Below are positions 57,274 to 64,000 of a stretch of DNA of 64,000 nt, in pieces (positions within the stretch are counted from its first letter, which is position 1; each line of letters begins with the position of its first letter). This DNA comes from Candidatus Moanibacter sp. (GTDB taxonomy: Bacteria; Verrucomicrobiota; Verrucomicrobiia; Opitutales; UBA2987): the NCBI GenBank assembly GCA_965215885.1, contig CBDCEW010000036.1, positions 1 through 64,000 of the forward strand. Direction: 5' to 3'. Both the position numbers and the translations under genes were made by a program. The notes beneath the pieces are model-generated. The model had not been told where the DNA came from. It was given only the letters and a program-made list of their open reading frames with translations, and made no database searches.

Positions 57274-58597
57274 TAGATATCGGCTCGCCACGGTCCTGAG
57301 CATGATTGTGCTCGGCACGATGTGCGGCAAACGACCCTCAAGGGCATCGTGCGCCTGGCCCATCATCTCAATCAAGCCCAATTGCGCGCCTTACGCTCCT
57401 GGAAAAACCCCAAAACAGGCCGCTATAAGGCCCCTTGCTATGATGTCTTCTATCGGGTCTTGCAAAACGTAAAGGCCGAGCTCTTCGATAAAACCCTCAC
57501 CGAATTCATCTGCTTACAAGACGGCTGTTTGCCCCGCGATATTGCCGTCGACGGCAAGACCCTCAAAGGCACAAACACCGAAGAATCAAAGGCTCTGCAC
57601 CTGGTGGCCGCAGTCGATCACCAAAGCGCTCAAACCTTAGCCCAAGTCGCTACCGCCGATAAATCCAACGCGATCACCGCCGCCCAGACTCTCTTGCGAA
57701 AGATGCCCATTTTGGACGGCTCCACCTTCACCTTCGACGCCATGCATAATCAAAAAGAAACTGCCCACATCGTCGTCGAAGAACTCAGTGCTGACTATGT
57801 TATTCAAATTAAAGACAATCAGCCCAACATGCATCAATACGCTCAGAATCTCTTCAGCTCCACCCCCTTTTTCTCCACCAAACCGTGGACAATGACCATG
57901 GGCGACTCGAAATACGTCAAATAGCAACCCATTCTCTAAGCGCTCCCTCTGCCGGCCTGCCCCATGCCCGCCAGTTCGCCTGTGTGCAACGCACCTTCCA
58001 TTATCCAAACAAAGCTGAACCTTCCTCTGAACGCTCTTACTACGTAAGCAGTCTCGATCCCGCCGATTTGAGCCCTCAACAGTTCCTCTCGAAAATTCGC
58101 AACCATTGGTCGATCGAAAATAAAAATCATTACCCCAGGGATCGCTTCTTCGATGAAGATCGATGTATGATCCGTAATCATAACGCAGCCAGAATTCTTG
58201 CTGCATGCAGGCAACTGGTTCTCAGCCTCAAGTCTTCCATGGGCGCTGAATCCACTCCCGCACTCTGTGATGATTTCGTCTTTAACTTACATAAGGCCAT
58301 CAATATCATCACCTAATGCTCCGAGAATCAAAATACCGTGTCGTTTCGGAGACGGGCCGGAGTATTCATATCAGACTTCGTCGGAATCCCCTGTGCGTTA
58401 CAGCTGCTACCGCTTCGAACTTCTACCTTCTTCCAGAGCTGAGGCGGGTGACGAATCCTACTCGAAGCTCCTGGAACTTCTGAACCACGTTGATAAGCTG
58501 GAAAAACATATCGACGTGATGCGGCTATCCATCAAAACCGAGGGCGAGTTGATAAAACAGGTGGTGATGTTATTGAGAATGGCCGTAAGAGTATAAT

Positions 58598-59119
58598 ATG
58601 TCGATTCTTCCAAATAATCTGATTTTCGCCTTTGGAATTCTTATCCTGGGCGCAATGGCTCTTGGTTTGAAGGCCTTTGAAGGCGACCCGGTTTCTGTGT
58701 ATGATATCGGCTTTACGGGCAAGTTGTTCTCGGTGCCGGACCTCAACCTGAAAAAGGCTGAGCTATTCAGAGAGCTGACGAGTTACGAGCGAATGTCGAA
58801 GATAAGGGACCCTTTCCGATTTTCGAAAAGGAAGTCGGTTTCGGAGGATAAATTCACTTTAGAAAACTCCTTTAGGGTCGAAGAAATTGAACTCTCGGCC
58901 ATTTGGCGACAGGGAGACATCACACTCATTCTGTTGAATGATCGGATTTATGAGGTGGGGGATGATGTTGGTAATGCCAGGATCGAGGAGGTGCAGGATA
59001 ACGGAGTTTTGCTATCCCATCCCGGAGGGCGAAGTTTAGTTGAGGTGGGGAATTCCTTGACGTTCGAATTCCCGGCTGTGGAGGAGAAGCTGAAACCGTT
59101 TACAGGGAATGAATTATAA
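58598..59119 (+). CDS. PilP/GspC/MshK-like protein
   Basis: N-terminal hydrophobic segment, RDPF motif, LSAIW..LLNDRIYEVGD; directly precedes the secretin. Confidence 0.6.
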   Translation: MSILPNNLIFAFGILILGAMALGLKAFEGDPVSVYDIGFTGKLFSVPDLNLKKAELFRELTSYERMSKIRDPFRFSKRKSVSEDKFTLENSFRVEEIELSAIWRQGDITLILLNDRIYEVGDDVGNARIEEVQDNGVLLSHPGGRSLVEVGNSLTFEFPAVEEKLKPFTGNEL

Positions 59120-60647
59120 ACGCTTAGGAAGTAGACGAATGCGATCTGGCGTTTTGAGAATCTTGCGTTTGCCTGGCGTGCATCGTCCCTGGCTTTCGCT
59201 TGCTAGCGTAGTAGCCATGACCGCTTCCTATCAGGCTTCCGAGGCAGAAAGCGCGCACGAGATCGCTCAAGACGTTGCCTCGCGTTTGATCGTGGAGACA
59301 GAGCCCGAGGAAGATGACTTGCTCTCCCATGAAGTTCAGGACCCCACTCGAGACCTGTTTAGTTTCCGAGCCGAAAATGTCGATTTGAAACGCGTCCTCG
59401 CCATGTTCGCGCGTTCCAACGGCCTGAATATTGTTCCCGATCTCGATATTATGGGTGATTTGACGGTTGATTTTCGCAACCTTCCTCTGGATCTGGCAAT
59501 GAAGGCCCTTTTAGACGCGCATGGCTTCTATTTTGTTAGAGAGGGTGAACTGATTCGCGTCCGAAACGTCGAAACACGGTTGTTCCAGGTCGATTATATG
59601 CGTATCAAACGGTCCGGCCAGGGAGCCAATTCGGTCCAAATCAGTTCGGCGGCTGGCTCTTCAGGAGGCAGTCAGGCCGGTGGTTCCGCTTCTTCCTCCA
59701 GTGGAGGGGAGGGCTCCAACATGGTGGTCACGGCCGATTCAAGCATCGACTTCTGGAGCGATGTGCGCCTGCAACTCGAAGAGTTGATCTCCCCCGAAGG
59801 GTCCTTTTCGATAAATAGTCTCTCCGGGGTCATTACCGTTACTGATCGTCATGGACACGTCCTCAAAATAGCCGACTTTATTGATCGCGTCTCTCGTAAT
59901 ATTGTCCGCCAGATTGATCTCGAAGTAGAAATTTACGAAGTAAAATTGAGTGAGCAAAACAAGCTGGGTATCAACTGGTCCAGTGTCTCCCAAAACCTGG
60001 ATACGACTTTTGCGGGAGGCCTGATTATTAGTGAACCTCAGTTTGGGACGCTTCCCGGGTCGAATTCGATAAGCATTTCACATAATCGTGGTGGAACTTC
60101 CGCGGTCCTCGAAGCTCTCCAGGAACAAGGAGAATTAAGGGTCGTCTCAAAGCCTCGTCTACGCACGCTCAACAACCAACCCGCCGTCATTCGTGTAGGC
60201 CAGGACTTGCCCGTGTTCTTCCAAACCATTACCACTACTCCCAGTAATCCACCAGTTATTACCACGAACGAGGAAGTGAAGATTGTTACGATCGGAACAG
60301 TTCTCTCCGTTACTCCTCAGGTATCCGCGGAAGGTGTTATTACCCTCGATATTTCTCCCGCCGTGAGTCGATTAGTTCGCAATGAGATTTCCGCGGTTAC
60401 CGGGGCATCGGCGCCGATCATAGATATTCGACAAGCTTCCTCGATCGTTAGGATTCGCGATGGAGATACGATCGTGATGGGTGGCCTGGTTCAGGACGGG
60501 TCCACCGAGACCGTTAGGAAGATTCCGATTCTAGGGGATATTCCGATTGTCGGGCGTGCCTTTACTGGGACTTTCAGTACAGAGGATAAGACCGAGCTGG
60601 TTATCTTTCTAACGCCTCGGATAATTGATCCTCATTCCCTGAATTGA
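59109..60647 (+). CDS. Secretin (MshL/GspD/PilQ family)
   Basis: ETRLFQVDY, Ser/Gly-rich loop, GINW, TLNNQPAVI, KIPILGDIPIVGRAF, ELVIFLTPRII. Confidence 0.93.
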   Translation: MNYKRLGSRRMRSGVLRILRLPGVHRPWLSLASVVAMTASYQASEAESAHEIAQDVASRLIVETEPEEDDLLSHEVQDPTRDLFSFRAENVDLKRVLAMFARSNGLNIVPDLDIMGDLTVDFRNLPLDLAMKALLDAHGFYFVREGELIRVRNVETRLFQVDYMRIKRSGQGANSVQISSAAGSSGGSQAGGSASSSSGGEGSNMVVTADSSIDFWSDVRLQLEELISPEGSFSINSLSGVITVTDRHGHVLKIADFIDRVSRNIVRQIDLEVEIYEVKLSEQNKLGINWSSVSQNLDTTFAGGLIISEPQFGTLPGSNSISISHNRGGTSAVLEALQEQGELRVVSKPRLRTLNNQPAVIRVGQDLPVFFQTITTTPSNPPVITTNEEVKIVTIGTVLSVTPQVSAEGVITLDISPAVSRLVRNEISAVTGASAPIIDIRQASSIVRIRDGDTIVMGGLVQDGSTETVRKIPILGDIPIVGRAFTGTFSTEDKTELVIFLTPRIIDPHSLN

Positions 60648-61616
60648 AGGTGTCCGAAACAGAGATGCAGTTTCGACCCTTTCGCTTCGCTCTGTAAAGG
60701 GCTTGATCGGCAGCTTGGATAAGCAGATTGGCTCCGAATTTTAATTTCGGGCAAGCCGTGGCAATACCGATGCTCACGGTCAGCATCCCTTTAAAGGGGG
60801 AGTATTCGTGAGGAATCCTCTCCCTTTCAATTGCTTCACTCGCTCTCAGCGCTACGGCGATAGCGCCTTCTGTTTTTGTCTCCGGCAGCGCGATTACGAA
60901 CTCCTCTCCTCCAAACCGAGCAACGAAGTCACTGGCACGTGCTATGGACTTCTTCAATGCCTTTCCGACGCTTATGAGACCTTGATCGCCCGCCCGATGA
61001 CCATAATTGTCGTTGAACTTCTTGAAATGATCGACATCGACCATGAGAAGGGAGACAGGGGTCTTGTTTCTGAATCCCCGTGAGCACTCTTCAGCCAGCC
61101 TTTCGTCGAGAAATCGGCGGTTGGCGACTTTGGTCAGTCCGTCCTGTCGAGATATGAGGTGCAGTTGGCGATTGGCTTCCTCCAATTGGTCGGTCAACAT
61201 CTGGAGTTTTCTCTCTCTCTCTTTACGTGCTTCGATTTCCGTTTTTAACCGAAGGACTGATCTTGCCCGGGCAATGAGTTCCGTCGGCTGAACCGGTTTC
61301 GTGATATAATCGTTGGCTCCGGCGTCAAGAGCTGCGTCGAGATTTTTCAAGTCCTTTTTTCCCGTTACCATGATTATCGGAATATCCTGCAGCGAGGCGT
61401 CAGCTTTCAGAATTTCAATGGCACGTAGACCGTCAATTTCACCCATATGAAAGTCCATCAGGATAAGATCGGGAAGTGGAGTCTTCTCACGAAAAAGAGA
61501 TTCGAACGCTTCCTCCGCGGAATGGGTAAGTTTGATCGACCGATAATCGGCTCGATTTAGGATATGTCGTAAGAGGGCACAGGTCGATATCGAATCGTCC
61601 ACAATGAGAATGGTCT

Positions 61617-63510
61617 CAGGGTAAAAGGATTCCAGGAAGCAACTAGCTGATAAGCAAGAAGATAAAAAAAGAGCTAAACAAACCCGAGGGAATCAGTCAT
61701 GTTAAGATGGGATGAAAGACAAAAAATCTTACCAACTGAATCCTTCGATAGATCGTTTAACTCTGCGTCTGGTCCTGCCCGAAGAGCAGGAGCGATTCAA
61801 TGATCTATTGAAACAACATCATTATTTACACAGTGCGGGCAGCGCAGGAGAGACCCTGCGCTATGTGGCGCAGATCGACGGGCAATGGATGGGCCTGCTC
61901 TTGTGGGGGGCCGCATCCTACCGGCTGAAGGATCGAGACGAATGGATCGGGAGGGACGGGGCGCAACGGCATGCACGATTGAAACTGGTAGTACAGAACC
62001 GGCGTTTTCTGATTTTGCCCGGGGTGGATCTTGCAAATTTGGCCTCCAAGACGTTGGGTATGTGCCTGAGAGTCTTAGCCGATCACTGGCAGGAGGCTTT
62101 TGGCTATCGTCCCTTAGTAGCGGAAACGTTCGTGGACCCACAGATTCACCGGGGCACTTGCTACGAAGCGAGCGGGTGGACGCCCTTGGGCTTGAGCGCG
62201 GGATATGGCCGCCAACGCGAAGATTTCTATCAACGCCATGAGCGTCCCAAGCAGATCTGGGTCAAACCCCTCAAGGCTAATGCCCTTGAGCTTTTGCGCG
62301 CTTCAGGGCCATTGCCCGCGGCACAGAGCCAGGCGCTCAATGAAACCGATAACTCCCATGCGGTCTGCCTCAAAGTGGAACAGATGAGCAGCCTGTGGGA
62401 ACGCTTCAATCAGATAGAAGACTTCCGTCGTAAAGCGGGCCTTAGATATCGGCTCGCCACGGTCCTGAGCATGATTGTGCTCGGCACGATGTGCGGCAAA
62501 CAGACCCTCAAGGGCATCGTGCGCCTGGCCCATCATCTCAATCAAGCCCAATTGCGCGCCTTACGCTCCTGGAAAAACCCCAAAACAGGCCGCTATAAGG
62601 CCCCTTGCTATGATGTCTTCTATCGGGTCTTGCAAAACGTAAAGGCCGAGCTCTTCGATAAAACCCTCACCGAATTCATCTGCTTACAAGACGGCTGTTT
62701 GCCCCGCGATATTGCCGTCGACGGCAAGACCCTCAAAGGCACAAACACCGAAGAATCAAAGGCTCTGCACCTGGTGGCCGCAGTCGATCACCAAAGCGCT
62801 CAAACCTTAGCCCAAGTCGCTACCGCCGATAAATCCAACGCGATCACCGCCGCCCAGACTCTCTTGCGAAAGATGCCCATTTTGGACGGCTCCACCTTCA
62901 CCTTCGACGCCATGCATAATCAAAAAGAAACTGCCCACATCGTCGTCGAAGAACTCAGTGCTGACTATGTTATTCAAATTAAAGACAATCAGCCCAACAT
63001 GCATCAATACGCTCAGAATCTCTTCAGCTCCACCCCCTTTTTCTCCACCAAACCGTGGACAATGACCATGGGCGACTCGAAATACGTCAAATAGCAACCC
63101 ATTCTCTAAGCGCTCCCTCTGCCGGCCTGCCCCATGCCCGCCAGTTCGCCTGTGTGCAACGCACCTTCCATTATCCAAACAAAGCTGAACCTTCCTCTGA
63201 ACGCTCTTACTACGTAAGCAGTCTCGATCCCGCCGATTTGAGCCCTCAACAGTTCCTCTCGAAAATTCGCAACCATTGGTCGATCGAAAATAAAAATCAT
63301 TACCCCAGGGATCGCTTCTTCGATGAAGATCGATGTATGATCCGTAATCATAACGCAGCCAGAATTCTTGCTGCATGCAGGCAACTGGTTCTCAGCCTCA
63401 AGTCTTCCATGGGCGCTGAATCCACTCCCGCACTCTGTGATGATTTCGTCTTTAACTTACATAAGGCCATCAATATCATCACCTAATGCTCCGAGAATCA
63501 AAATACCGTG
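61617..63510 (+). mobile_element. ISAs1-family element copy 2 (1894 bp)
   Basis: Imperfect IRs; perfect 10-bp target-site duplication AGAATGGTCT (61607-61616, 63511-63520). Confidence 0.95.
61712..63486 (+). CDS. DUF4338(DruA-like)-ISAs1 transposase in two overlapping frames (needs a -1 shift near 63033-63042)
   Basis: HHYL..RFLILP..NLAS..ETFVDP..GTCY N-domain; AVDGK and FDAMH in frame 0; DHGRLE and HWSIEN..RD..FDED in the -1 frame. Confidence 0.85.
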
Positions 63511-63864
63511 AGAATGGTCTGCTCCTTTTTCTCTCTGTGTTGAGACGGCGGCTTTGGCTTGACCGGAACGACCGTCTCGGCCTCATGCATGAAAGAGGAG
63601 CCTGTAGCGGATTCGATCGAGTCTATGGACATGGCTCAGAAAGAATGTCGGGATAGAGCGACTAAACCTGAGTCGTAGCAAATTCGAATCTGACGACCGG
63701 TCAGCGCCGGTGCGAAACTTGAGAGTAATCTATGGTAGGATCTGCCGCTCCCCATTGGTTCTTTAAGAAAGTCGGCCATCATGGACGAAAGTTGAGATAC
63801 CGAATCGGTCTTTCTTTTTTTGGGATTGTCCGTTTCATCACTGCTGCTTTAAGACTAGCTGTAA

Positions 63865-64000
63865 ATGGATCGAATCGCGAATACATTCAAGAATTCCATC
63901 AGGGAAGATCGTTCCTGTTTCATCTCTTACGTATGCGCGGGAGATCCGGATTTTGATACCTCGGTCGAGATCTGTCGCCTCCTGGCCGAAGGGCCCGTTG
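63865..64000 (+). CDS. trpA: Tryptophan synthase alpha chain, 5' part (runs off window)
   Basis: MDRIANTFKNSIREDRSCFISYVCAGDPDFDTSVEICRLL; not in the supplied ORF track. Confidence 0.8.
   Translation, partial: MDRIANTFKNSIREDRSCFISYVCAGDPDFDTSVEICRLLAEGPV

Larger units (their letters stand above)
54620..58316 (+). pseudogene. ISAs1 transposase copy 1, split by the nested IS and a 1-nt deletion
   Basis: Same sequence as 61712-63486 except the insertion at 55357 and a missing A near 57332 (GGCAAACGACC vs GGCAAACAGACC). Confidence 0.88.
54525..58340 (+). mobile_element. ISAs1-family element copy 1 (DUF4338-fused), carrying a nested IS
   Basis: Ends CAGGGTAAAAGGATTC / GAATCAAAATACCGTG identical to copy 2; target-site duplication CCGTTTCGGA / TCGTTTCGGA (9/10). 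Confidence 0.92.
54156..58596 (+). pseudogene. PilO/GspM-like gene interrupted by ISAs1 copy 1
   Basis: Removing the IS rejoins LGWNSRFG|DGPEYSYQ...LRMAVRV* in frame; TM plus coiled coil; operon position. Confidence 0.75.
60601..63632 (-). pseudogene. REC-GGDEF diguanylate cyclase (WspR/PleD-like) interrupted by ISAs1 copy 2
   Basis: Removing the IS restores MSIDSIES...KKEQTIL|IVDDS; PDLILMD, DYITKP, RASD I-site, RFGGEEF. Confidence 0.88.

Noticed and set aside
54525..63510. Composite transposon carrying the secretin and cyclase
   Set aside because: Each ISAs1 copy has its own target-site duplication and splits a resident gene, so these are independent insertions.
63732..63956. 74-aa ORF from the track
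   Set aside because: It overlaps the trpA start in another frame and has no recognisable motif.
1..64000. CRISPR array, cas genes, rRNA or prophage
   Set aside because: No regularly spaced repeat-spacer run, and no cas, rRNA or phage structural genes recognised.

Overview
Moderate-GC bacterial chromosomal segment. Gene content and style suggest Verrucomicrobiota (Opitutae-like); this is an inference. Housekeeping content: DUF58-tgpA, mreBCD-pbp2, CPA2 antiporter, EamA, cyclophilin, ferredoxin, 3'-5' exonuclease, MBL hydrolase, SNF2 helicase, an NAD-linked formate dehydrogenase cluster, tRNA-His, lexA, waaA, an M16 protease and the start of trpA. Accessory content is heavily hit by mobile DNA: (1) a HUH/Y1 (RAYT-like) transposase bounded by 12-bp terminal inverted repeats; (2) a DUF1800-DUF1800-DUF1501 operon followed by two secreted proteins sharing a ~290-aa C-terminal domain I cannot assign, with both DUF1800 genes broken (an in-frame amber codon and an ISL3 insertion); (3) a frameshifted IS4 inside a REP-like palindrome; (4) a 350-bp unit at tRNA-His made of a stand-alone GIY-YIG nuclease whose stop codon begins a pseudo-tRNA copy, with the anticodon region replaced by a perfect 18-bp palindrome; (5) an MSHA/T2SS-like pilus operon with its own c-di-GMP circuit (MshEN ATPase, GAF-HD-GYP, convergent REC-GGDEF). 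Two copies of a DUF4338(DruA-like)-fused ISAs1 element disrupt the pilO-like gene and the cyclase, and one copy carries a nested IS. MITE-like elements and IS-end-like hairpins occur in intergenic spaces. No CRISPR, rRNA or prophage was seen. All family calls are from motif recognition by eye, not database searches.
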